Source of the DNA: Azolla caroliniana
Taxonomy: Eukaryota > Plantae > Polypodiophyta
Direction of reading: 5' to 3'
Assembly: GCA_043228905.1 (NCBI GenBank)
Contig: JBHGNT010000015.1
Location: 19,964,001 to 20,028,000, forward strand
Length of the DNA stretch: 64,000 nucleotides
Shown here: positions 37,271 through 48,449 of the stretch, one piece after another
Position numbering within the stretch: the stretch's first letter is position 1
How the letters are laid out: each line of letters starts with the position of its first letter
Position numbers and translations under genes: made by a program
Notes under the pieces: generated by a model
Seen by the model: only the letters and a program-made list of their open reading frames with translations
What the model was told of the DNA's origin: nothing
Database searches by the model: none

Positions 37271-40200
37271 GGGAAAAAGAAAAGAAAAAAAAGCTAAAAA
37301 CATGAACAAGATATGCATGTGTAGAAAAGTGGGTTCCTGTCACCATCTCATCATCAACAAAGTTTTTAAGCCATTAGAAAATGATACAATGTACGCATGC
37401 ATCCACATACAAAACTAATGTCAATGGAGAACCAAAGAAAAAGAAAATATATTTAAAGACAATGGGAAGAATGGTTGATAAACTTACACTTGTATACATA
37501 CATGGGATTACGAATTAACTACTTAATTCTAACACGCTTTGCAACTAGCTAGATGCCTCAACTAGTACCACAAGACACAAAGGCTCAAATTTTGAATGAG
37601 CATATAATTTCTTTAATGACTTAAATGATCTATCAAGAGCCTTCCGAGAAAAAAGGAGTAGGAAAGGATAAATGTTTTCTTTTATTACTTGCGTTTAATT
37701 TATCACCAATAAAATCATGTCATATAACCAATTATACATTATACACTTCACTATTCTCTTGTTTTGCTCACAAGTTTTTCCTCATAGCATGGCCTCCTCA
37801 AGTGCTTGCATGATACAATTAAGAATGACCTTAGACAAACTATGGCGTATCAATCAAATTTGAATCATCCCTTATGTGAACGTTGTATGTCTAGATAGTC
37901 CTACTCATGATTTCACAAGAGAATAAACAGACACAATGCTAGTATGATGTATCTATTAGAAACAACATTGAGACATTTTAATAAACTAACGTTGTCCTTC
38001 AATTATTGATAGTAATGGAATAGAATAATAGAATTGATCGAGCAATTGAAAATATGTTTTTTTAAATACAATGTTTCGTTAAGACCATAGTTGTATAACG
38101 TTTTAGAGTGAAATATACAAAGCTTCTAGCTTCACAAAGTCCTTGAACTTGATACTCTAATGGTAATGCTTGCTTGTGGTTATAAGGTTACGAATTGAAG
38201 TCTCACGCAATGGGATTGGTGTTACTTTCATTGTAAGAAATTCTTCATATTTTCTCCTGAAAATATGGCAATTTAGCTTTACACATTAGTTTCCACAACC
38301 CAAGTCCCATGACTTGATAACCTTAATGGACCAATATTTCAAATCTTATTGTACCTAAAAGCATGGTGTTGCAAATAACTTTCCACAATGGAGGTCCCAA
38401 AGTTGAAAAACGCATATTTTCCAGCCTTATTGTACCTAAAAACATGACTTTACAAATCACTTTCTACAATCCAAGGGTTGGCAATCTCATTGTACCTTAT
38501 TGTATTGTATGCTCACTATATAGAGAAATAATGTGCATGATTAAATATGGCATTATAAATGACTAATTGTACACTTTGTTCTATACTTCTTAAAGTAGAG
38601 AAATAAAATATGTAGTTGTTGCATGTGAGATGACATATTATACCTCCAAAAGGAAGGACTATAGAAAGATGCAAGCTAACTATGTTCTATTTCTTCACTA
38701 AAACACAAATATGTTGATTTTAAATTGTACTCTTCCATGAAAATGAACTCTTTTATTGTGTGTTTTGCCCTTTCCTAGTCCACATTTCCTCCATTTCATA
38801 TTTTGCCATGCTTGTGGACCAACTAGTTGAAGCCTAGCAATGGTGTTGTGCCATCATAATATAGAGTCCAAGGAGTGGAGCTTCTGAAGAGTAGAGAAAA
38901 GTGATATGAATACTAGGTCTAAAAGGTTCATGTGGGGGGTTAGTGTCGAGTGTAAAAGAAGAGGTGGAGGCTCAATGAAGAGACCATTAGCTCCAAGAAG
39001 TTCCTCAATTGTGACCCACAATAAATCATAAGCAATGTGAGTTGGTGGTTAGTTTCTGGGATTGTTGCGAGGAATTTTAAATGCTCGGTGTCCTCTTCCT
39101 AGAACAATTGCTTGGTGGCTGACAAGACATGTAAATGTTCTATTGAAGTATTACCTTGGTGTTGCAAATAGCCTCGTTAGGGCAACAATGGGCCTACTTG
39201 GAATTGTGAACACAAATATTGAGTAAACAACCAATCAAAGTTGATATAGGGGTGTGGGCATTCATGCCACTCACCTATTGAGTGTAAAAGACTTGATTCA
39301 ATCTAGTGGTTGATCTATTGGACATTGTACACTATAGTTTTGTTGATTGGTGCAATGGTTTGTCACGTGTATTGTAAGTGCTTCGGGATCCCCAAAAGTT
39401 GCCACCCCTCCTTGCTTGGGGATCACATTAGGTACTAGATTTAGGTTAAATGGCATCTCTTGTGCAAGAATATGGAATATTTGATGAATAACTTCAATTG
39501 ACATGCAAACTGCATGGGGTCCTCATCATCAAATAAAACATAACCATGTGCCTAGTCTTCAGGTCATTGCCTCTGAGGAATTGTTGGATAAACTATATAT
39601 GTACCCCCTATCAACTTTTACCTAGGAAGAACCGAAGGCCTAGCCATGAAAGTGTAGTAGAAGTAGGTAGTTCTTCCTTTGGTGATTGGGCCGCGACTTG
39701 GGGGATCTTAAAAGCACAATCATCGCCTTCAAAATGGAACTTGTATAGCAATGAACCATTACCACCATAAACAACATCATCATAAGAAAATCATGTTGAA
39801 GTCATAGACCATGTCACACCTTGGGATTGAAAGAAGCATAAAGCAATTAAGTTTGATGAGGCAAATACATGATGCCTCCAACTCCATTGTTTGGCGAAGA
39901 AGACATACAAGAATAATCAAATATAGAGCTATTAAAAACATGGGCTCATCGATTGGATGCTTTAAACTGACTTCAGGATAGCAACGCCAAGTGTGGAATT
40001 TGTTGTCACTACTAAACTAATGATGGGAAGTATCTACCTTGTCAATTTGTTATGTTGAGGCTTAGGTGGAGTAGCACTCTCGTGATGGCGAAATAAGTGA
40101 GAGAATGTCAATCATCCTCAAACTAGTCAATGGATAGACTAGTTCACCTAGAGAGTTGTAATCTTAACCTTGATATGGACTCTTAACTTTATTAAAATAT

Positions 40201-41398
40201 AAGATGCCATTAACACTCACACTTAAACCTAGGTAGCATACACAATTGATGACTTAATCAATGCACACACAATGAATCATTAGCAAACAAACATATGTAT
40301 CGGTTAATAGTTTGGTGAAACCAACCTCCTCATACAATACGAGATTAAGTGCAAAAATTTAAAATTTGATTGTTACAATAGTTATGAGGATAAAGGAGTA
40401 CCAAAACATGCCTTACCCAAATATGGAATTTAAAAGGGTTCAAAGACACTCGATGCCCTCTACATTTTTTGAGTACATCCTTTAACATGGTTGGCATAGT
40501 TCAATGCTCTCCTCCCTCGTAGACTTGCAATAGAGATCATGTACATATGGTTCCACTTTGTTCTCGAGGTTGGAGGCAAATATGTCATTTGCCACATGTT
40601 TAAAAGTGCTCAAGGCATGGGGCAATGGCATTTGCTCGTATGCGAAAGCTTCAAGCTTGATGTGAAAGGATATCTTATGTTGACGTTGTGGTGTAGTTGA
40701 CAATCCATGAATGGATTGACGAGCCTATTTGCTTGCTACCCAATTCTAAGCATGTTTGATATATGGCATTGATTGGTTATAAAGTTGATGGTGAGTTGGG
40801 TTTTCGTTATAGGCTACGTGTAATTTTCGGGGGTTGGTTGTTGCGGTGCCCTTTCTATTTGTGTCGGGTGCGGGTGCAACTGATTGGCCATTGTAACATC
40901 AGTTTGCATGGATTGGTGTTGGGACCCTCCTCTTGGGTAGCACCATGGGTAACTATCGTGACTTTGTGAAGGCCCCTAGTGGTGACACAGGAAGTCTATG
41001 CAATTCCACTAGAATTTCCTATTGATGTGTTGTTGCACCATTAAAAGTCGTATACTCGAGGGAGACAGATCATCGTGGCTTGGGTTGTGATCTATTATGC
41101 AAAGAGGAAGGAGAGCATGTGTCATCGCACAACTACCATCAAGCTGATAGGAGAAAATCTTGACGAGAATCGGAGCAAACAAAAGTTGGGTGTGATGGTT
41201 ATGTGAAGGGAGTGTTAAAAAACAGAAGAAGAAGGTTGTAATGTTTTTATTGTTGTTTGGTGTGTGAGAAGAAGGAAGGTTTATAAGAAGGAGGTGGTAG
41301 AAAGAAATGAAGATTCATTCAGTGACGTTTTTTAAGAGGCCAAAGTGGCCTATAAGATGAAACTAGAGATCAAATTTACATATTAAGAGATAGATATA

Positions 41399-41438
41399 TC
41401 CCACATAGAAAGGCACATTGGACTGTGTCCTATAAATA
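41399..41438 (+). promoter_or_regulatory. Plant snRNA promoter: USE plus TATA box
   Basis: TCCCACATAG at 41399-41408 (USE consensus RTCCCACATCG) and TATAAATA at 41431; the ~32-bp offset fits Pol II snRNA genes. Confidence 0.85.
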
Positions 41439-41463
41439 TGGAAGCAGGTTGTCAATTCAATTC

Positions 41464-41672
41464 ATACCTTTCTCGGCCTTTTGGCTAAGATCAAGTGTAG
41501 TATCTGTTCTTATCAGTTTAATATCTGATACGTGGCCTTATATAGGCCACATGATATTAACCTAATTTCTTTCATGGGGGCAGCTCCCTGTGGAGGCAGC
41601 TTGCTGTCTTTGGGAGCTGTATGCGTCGCCTTGGTCTTGCACTATCGCTTGAGGTTAAATAGGCGCACCCCC
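41464..41672 (+). ncRNA. U2: U2 spliceosomal snRNA
   Basis: ATACCTTTCTCGGCCTTTTGGCTAAGATCAAGTGTAGTATCTGTTCTTATCAGTTTAATATCTGATA matches the plant U2 5' end. Branch-site pairing GTAGTA at 41497; stem IIb GTGGCCT/AGGCCAC; stem III CAGCTCCC/GGGAGCTG; loop IV TTGCACTA. The 3' end is approximate. Confidence 0.95.
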
Positions 41673-41887
41673 ACTCAACAAATTATAATAAATCTTCCTA
41701 AAAGAAGAACTAATAAGGAATAAATCATAGCAATAAATTAAGATCTATTCTGTATAATTTCTAGATCATTTCAGCATTTCAAGGATATGGATGAAATCTG
41801 TGCAGGAGCAAATAATGAAGCAAATCATAGCAAGAAATTAAGATGTTTTCTCTAGAATTCTATAAAATTTGAGCATTTAAGGATACG

Positions 41888-41975
41888 GATGAATCTGTGT
41901 GCTAGAGACATTTCATGGTGTTAGGTTATTCGATGAATCTGTGTGCTGGAGACATTTCATGGTGTTAGGTTATTC
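41888..41975 (+). repeat. Tandem 44-bp duplication downstream of U2
   Basis: GATGAATCTGTGTGCT(A/G)GAGACATTTCATGGTGTTAGGTTATTC twice; preceded by a looser ~100-bp duplication starting at 41722 and 41822. Confidence 0.9.
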
Positions 41976-44189
41976 GGAGCAGAAATCACCGTATTCGAAA
42001 ATTAGGGTTCTCGGAACACAGCCGATATGAATGTTTTGCCGAATTGACTAGAGGAAGGACATTGACGGAAATGAAAACACTACACGGTCGGGGGTTTTGG
42101 ATTGATGGATGGATGGGGTGTGCACATACATACATGTAAGAAGTGTATTTCTTTTATAGGGGACAACACATTGGTGCATGCTTTCTTGTCATTGACACCC
42201 CATTCTTTTAGTCGGCCAATGCCAATTTTATCGTAGGTGACGACGCATAGGGCGAAGTTAATATATAATGTTTATGGAATGCTAGGCCGAGAAAATGTCG
42301 ATATAATTTGAGTGTCCAGAACCAAGCAATGCCCAGTGTTTTAGGCTGTTGGATTGGTTAAACCTCCAGGCTTTACCTACCTAGACATGCTATTGAGCAT
42401 TGGGATAATGAAGTCATCGTTGCATTATTGGAGCAAGTTAGTTTCGCTCTAGGTTCAAATACTCATATGGGAAGTGTGTTGGATGACTAGACAAGTACGT
42501 TTTTGAGAATAAAGGCCTAGATAACATTCTAGCGAAAAGGTGTTGAAGTAATAGGAGAGGAGATGTTATATGATTGAACCCAAAACATTGGCATCACATG
42601 CTTCTGTGGGTCAAGCGGGGACTACCTATTGGCTAAGAGGACCCTATAATGACAACACAACAAAACATCGCAGTCATCAATAGAAATCCTAAGGTGCAAG
42701 ATCTAGTTGAGGTGTTAGGAACTAAATTTAAGAGTGATAACACCAACTAGCTTCAGATATCCCAGTAATAGTGAATGCCAGTAATATGCCTACAATACCA
42801 AACATGGGAACAAGGTGTGGCGGAAGTGGAGGGACTTGGGTGGGGGAGGTTGGGAGAAACTCCTCCAATGAAGAAGCATAGTTAAGGGTAAGTCTTAACT
42901 TATCACACATTCAAGGTCAACTAGTTCACTTTGATAGCACAATGGAGAGTAATTGACACCCATCCTCTCTTACATGTTTTGCCATAAATAGGGTGTCACT
43001 CCACGTTTGTCCCTTAACAACAACCGACGAGGAATAATATGCAGAAAAAATGTACAAAAAATTAAATATGGCATTGAGAAATTGCGAACTAAGTAGTAAA
43101 TATACATTGTAGGAAGAAGTAAGGAAAGATACATTGTAACGAACGATCGTTTGTTTTCCTACTAGTACACGAACATGTTGGTTTTCAATTATAATCTTTC
43201 ATGAAAAAGAACTCAAACACATTATCTTATTATTTATTGAAACATAAAGTCTTGAACAATACCCGTTAACGCGTTTGGGACTCATAGAAATAAAGAAATT
43301 AGAGACATCAAACTAACCTTTCCTTTGTGATGATGAATTACATATGTAGAGACAAAACAACAAAATCATAAAAGCATATTTGGGGTCAATCAATGGTGGG
43401 TATCTTGGACTACGATTACTATATGCACAATAGTGGCAGATTGGGGATACTTTAAAATAAAACAATGGGATTTGTCTAGTCAATTTAAAAATGGCAATTT
43501 TGGTCCACATTACAGCGTAAGTCTCGCCTTGAAACTCTCTCATGGATTTGTGACATTAAATAAATGCTAAAATGTGAAGGTTGGATGTTTGAAATTTCTT
43601 GAGATTGCAAGAATTGCCAAATTAATGCACGATATAATGTTGACCTTGAACAAGATGGTTTAGAATAGGTACAATGAACCTCACGTAAATGGAGATCATA
43701 AATTTCTTAAACATTGCTATTTTCTAATTAAGGGTCACAATAAATTAATGAGCAAGCAACTTGAGCACCTACAATAGGTATCAGTTGATCTACGAAAGCA
43801 TGCCAATCAAGTCGAGGAAGTCCAAGTGATGGTATTTCATATTCTAGACAAAATACATTTTGAGAGGAAACCATTGACGACAGCCGTACCAAATTGAGTT
43901 GGATTGTGAATGGGGAATCAAACATTTACATAGGTCGAATGACATGTTGAGGTTCGCCAAATTGATAGTCTATGGCAACAACTAATTGGTGACGATATTA
44001 AATTATCAAACATATTGACAAGGACTTTATCTTTTAGATCGTAATGTTTGGCAGGCATCGAAGGTGCCTAGAAGTATATACTGAGAGAGTGGGGCGTGTG
44101 GAATCTATTGAGAAGATGGTGATGCGTAAGCTCTCGAAGGATTGGAATTGTGTTTTGAATGAGTGAACCATTAGATCTTGACATTGTCA

Positions 44190-44476
44190 ACACGCGCACG
44201 TGTGCACACACACATACATGTATGTGTGTATGTATGCGTGTGCGTGTGTGTATATGTATGTGTGTGTATGTATGTATATGTACATATGTATATGTGTGTA
44301 TGTATATGTATGTATGTGTGTGTGTATGTATGTATGTATGTATGTATGTATGTATGTATGTATGTATGTATAACAGTATATGTATGTATGTGTATGTGTG
44401 TATGTATGTATGTGTATGTATGTGTGTGTATGTATGTATATGTATGTATGTGTGTATGTATATGTATGTATGTATG
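44190..44476. repeat. (TATG/TG)n compound microsatellite upstream of the subtilase
   Basis: Direct reading. Confidence 0.9.
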
Positions 44477-44727
44477 TTAAGAGGGTTAACTGGTCTATTA
44501 GAATTTAGAATATATAGATGGATGCGCATCATAAGAAAAACAGCACCTTGTAGAAGTGTCACAATTGTTTATTTTGGGAAACCTTTTTTGATTCGTATCC
44601 ATATTTCCTATTAGGAATTTCTTACCCAATTTAGTAAGTTCATTGGGTTTGAGAGATAGGAAGGCCTTCATTCATCCTTTAATTGATATAAGAGAGACTA
44701 GAACAGTGAGTGGTGGAGGAAGAGGCT

Positions 44728-47250
44728 ATGGTGGTCATGATGATGATGATGATGGAATACCTGCTACTGCTACTGCTACTGCTTCTCATTGTGGCCGACA
44801 CCTCCGCCGCCGCCTGCCCCTCGCCGTCGGATCAACTCGAGGTCTATCTAGTTCATGTCAAAGATGGCGCACATCTCCAAAAGAACGACAATACTAACCA
44901 ATCCAGATCATCGATCGATTGGCACGCCTCGCTCGTCGCCACCGCTACCTCAGCCACATCATCACCTCCGTTGCCACATCAGCGCATCCTCTACTCATAC
45001 ACTGCAGCTTTCCAAGGCTTCTCGGCCCTCCTCACGCCCACTGAGGCAGCCTTACTGGGCGCGTTCGAAGAGGTGACAGCACTGGAGCGAGACACGCCTG
45101 CCCGGATCCACACCACGCGCACCCCTGCCTTCCTAGGCCTGGACAATGACTATAGAGGCAATGTGATCACCCCAAACTATTCTTCCCCTTCCTTGTCATC
45201 ATCCGATCGAAGCAACCTTTGGGCTGCCTCTTCCCGAGGACAGAATGCCATAATTGCAATCCTTGACACAGGCATCTGGCCCGAGCACCCTTCATTTTCC
45301 GATGCCGGATTCAGCCCACTTGACAACGATTCCACCGCTTGGAAGGGATCATGCGAACCCTCCATTCCTTGCAATCGCAAACTCATCGGCGCAAGATCCT
45401 TCCTTAAAGGCTTCGAGGCGGCGAATTGTGGCCGCAGCATTAATGAAACTCTGGACTTCAAATCTCCCCGTGATTCAAATGGCCACGGGACACACACTGC
45501 CTCCACCGCAGCCGGATCCCCCGTGACCAATGCATCCTTTCTTGGCTTCAGCACCGGCACGGCATCTGGTATCGCCCCGCTTGCTCGGATCTCGGTGTAC
45601 AAAGTTTGTTGGGAAAATGGTGAGGGTTGCTACTATTCTGACATCCTCGCCGCCTTCGATGCGGCCATCTCAGATGGTGTGGATGTTATCTCACTATCAT
45701 TGGGTGGTGAGAATGATTTGGATTACTCCCAAGATGTGATCGCTATCGGTGCCTTCGCTGCGATTTCAAGAGGGATCATTGTGACGTGCTCGGCTGGAAA
45801 TGGAGGCCCTCTGGTTGGATCGGTCACCAATGGTGCTCCATGGATCTTCACTGTGGCTGCGAGCACCATTGATAGGGATTTCCCAGCTCCGGTGGTTCTA
45901 GGCAACGGAAAAATCTACGAAGGGGCATCACTCTATGTGGGGAATAATTCCATAGGGCCCGCAGAGCTCATCCAGGCACGGGATGCGGTGGTGACAGGTG
46001 GCAACGTTGCGAATGCAAGTGTCTGTGGCTCTGTTAGCTTGTTGAATTCTACACTAGTTGAGGGGAAAATCGTGGTGTGCGAGCGAGGCGGTGGTGTGAA
46101 CCGAGTTCTCAAAGGATTGGTGGTGAAACAGGCAGGCGGGATCGGAATGATCATAGGCAATGGAATAGTATATCGGGAGGAGCTCACGGCGCAGGCTCAC
46201 TTGGTGCCTGCGACTCAGGTGGGGTTTTCAGCAATGGAGGAGATTCAAAGATATTCTTCTACATTTGGCGGAGAAGCTGCTGCATCGGCATCACCCACGG
46301 CTAGCATCTACTTCAACGGAACCCGAGTGGGCTATACTCGAGCGCCTGTCATGGCCGCATTCTCAGCTCGCGGCCCTAATCCTCTCTCGCTCGATGTCCT
46401 CAAGCCCGACTTCACCGCGCCTGGTGTGAACATACTTGCAGCATGGACTGCGGCTTCGAGCGCCTCGGGCATAGATGAAGATAAGAGGCGAGTGCTCTTC
46501 AACATCATCTCAGGGACATCCATGTCTTGCCCACATGTGGCAGGCTTGGCAGCCCTATTGAAATCTGCTCATCCTACCTGGAGCCCAGCAGCTATCAAGT
46601 CAGCACTGATGACCACTGCCAAGGTGGTGGATGACACAGACCGGCCGATCACTGATAGTGCTGCTGGTGGCGCCGATGCCACTCCTCTTGGGTTCGGGGC
46701 TGGCCACGTTAACCCTAATGCCGCGCTTGATCCTGGCCTCATCTACGACATCAACCCCCAAGACTACCTAAACTTCCTTTGTGCTCTCAATTACAACGAA
46801 TCGATGATTGCGGCCTTCAGTAGCGTGTTTGTGTGTAACCGATCACACCCTCATCTAGGTGACCTCAACTACCCTTCAATAACCGCGGTCTTCCCTCAAC
46901 GTGGTAATGTTGTTGGAAGCGAAAGGTCAGCCTATTCTTCGACCTTCATTCGTACTGTTACGAATGTTGGGCTCCCGAGCTCGACTTACTCTGTTAATGT
47001 CGAGCCTCCTCCTTTGGTTAATGTGTCCATCTCTCCTTCTACCCTTCGCTTCAACTCATCGTATCAAAAGCTGTCCTATTCCATCACTTTCGCAGCTCCT
47101 TACCTTTCCTCTCTGCCCCAAGGATTCGCATTCTCTTTTGGCTCGCTTCATTGGTATGATGATCAACATCACGTTGTTAGGAGCCCGATTTCTTTCATTT
47201 GGTATGATGCGAATAGAAACACTAGTAGTGCTCAAACCACCCAACACTAA
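44728..47250 (+). CDS. Subtilisin-like serine protease (S8A, SBT1-like) with I9 prodomain, PA domain and Fn3-like C-terminus
   Basis: Signal peptide; prodomain ILYSYTAAFQGFSA; maturation site IHTTRTPAFLGL; catalytic triad ILDTGIWPE, GHGTHTASTAAG, ISGTSMSCPHVAG; HPTWSPAAIKSALMTTA; DLNYPS. First ATG at 44728; downstream ATGs are alternative starts. Confidence 0.96.
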   Translation: MVVMMMMMMEYLLLLLLLLLIVADTSAAACPSPSDQLEVYLVHVKDGAHLQKNDNTNQSRSSIDWHASLVATATSATSSPPLPHQRILYSYTAAFQGFSALLTPTEAALLGAFEEVTALERDTPARIHTTRTPAFLGLDNDYRGNVITPNYSSPSLSSSDRSNLWAASSRGQNAIIAILDTGIWPEHPSFSDAGFSPLDNDSTAWKGSCEPSIPCNRKLIGARSFLKGFEAANCGRSINETLDFKSPRDSNGHGTHTASTAAGSPVTNASFLGFSTGTASGIAPLARISVYKVCWENGEGCYYSDILAAFDAAISDGVDVISLSLGGENDLDYSQDVIAIGAFAAISRGIIVTCSAGNGGPLVGSVTNGAPWIFTVAASTIDRDFPAPVVLGNGKIYEGASLYVGNNSIGPAELIQARDAVVTGGNVANASVCGSVSLLNSTLVEGKIVVCERGGGVNRVLKGLVVKQAGGIGMIIGNGIVYREELTAQAHLVPATQVGFSAMEEIQRYSSTFGGEAAASASPTASIYFNGTRVGYTRAPVMAAFSARGPNPLSLDVLKPDFTAPGVNILAAWTAASSASGIDEDKRRVLFNIISGTSMSCPHVAGLAALLKSAHPTWSPAAIKSALMTTAKVVDDTDRPITDSAAGGADATPLGFGAGHVNPNAALDPGLIYDINPQDYLNFLCALNYNESMIAAFSSVFVCNRSHPHLGDLNYPSITAVFPQRGNVVGSERSAYSSTFIRTVTNVGLPSSTYSVNVEPPPLVNVSISPSTLRFNSSYQKLSYSITFAAPYLSSLPQGFAFSFGSLHWYDDQHHVVRSPISFIWYDANRNTSSAQTTQH

Positions 47251-48449
47251 ACAAATAAGACTTGTGTTGGTCCATTTATTTGATGAACATTAGAAATCTT
47301 GTAAATAAATGATTAGGGAGATAGATTTATCCCTAATTCGATTATGAGAACCGTTGAATCCTTGCTAGCATCTTTGCTCTTTTTTCCTTTACCGTTAAAT
47401 CATTGGGCAGAGGGTCAGCAGACAAAGACAAGTCTTAAATTCGTGAAAAGTTGCAGCCAATGATGACCATTATATCTTATATGACTCAGCTCATTCACGT
47501 TAAAACCAATTGGAAGATCCCAATGGCCATTTGCGTGGTAAGAATGATACAGATAGTGCACAACATGAGTCATTCACGGTATGACCAATTGCAAGATCCT
47601 AATGGCTACGTTTGTGGTAAGGTAACAAGACCATGCATAACGTTATGTTCAATGAGAGATCTCGTTGATCATGTTTGATGAGGGTGAATAATGGTGTAAG
47701 GCATAACATAAAACACAAGTCGAAGATTATGTAGAATAAAATACTTGAATGAAACGTGAATAAATAAACGTATCAACATGATACTTGGTCACTAGTGAGA
47801 AATTTTAGCACTACACAAGTTCATAATCATGATGTCGAACAATTGTTATACTGTTAGGGGCTTCAATTAGGATGTAAATGGCTTCTTCAGACATTTTTAG
47901 ACACTTTTCCAACCACATTTTACATTTCAGCATGCTCCATCTTGCAACTCTTAGTGATCTGTGCTTGGTTGATCAGATCCAACTATGAATCATGTTTTGT
48001 ACTGTGTGTTCTCATGCAAGACAAACAACAATAAAACCCATCAATAACCTTAACTAGCACACAAACAAGCTTTATTTTTAAATATCCGGATACTTTCATG
48101 TCATCAGTGAGGAAAACAAGTACATACATAAAATGACATGAGTGTTAAACTCAAAAGTTTTATATTTAATCCAATGAAAAGAGTAGTGGAAGGGAAGATT
48201 GTCTCTCAGTTTCCAGGATTTTTATATGGAATTGCAATAGCAATACGCAAAATATATGCTCGGGCATAGATTTTCCCCTCATTTTGACATAACATTTGCA
48301 ATAACCCCCCACAGCTATAGAGGATTTTCAAAAAGACATTTATAAGTTAATGTTACAATGTTCTCAAAAATTTCCGAAATTTTGGCACATAGAAAGCTCC
48401 TGAAAAGTAGGTACCTTTTGGATGCAGTAAAACTCCGAAAGCATCTGTA

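Noticed and set aside
38700-41250. Short ORFs (39298-39504, 39546-39770, 40482-40703, 40763-40969) upstream of U2
   Set aside because: No recognisable motifs or coherent exon chain; probably decayed repeat DNA that I cannot classify.
41532-41723. 63-aa ORF overlapping U2
   Set aside because: It has a GTG start and lies within the snRNA, so it is a chance frame.
29624-47250. CrRLK1L kinase plus subtilase as a RALF-processing gene cluster
   Set aside because: RALF precursors are cleaved by S1P (SBT6.1), whereas this enzyme is SBT1-like. No RALF ORF was seen and the genes are 12 kb apart.
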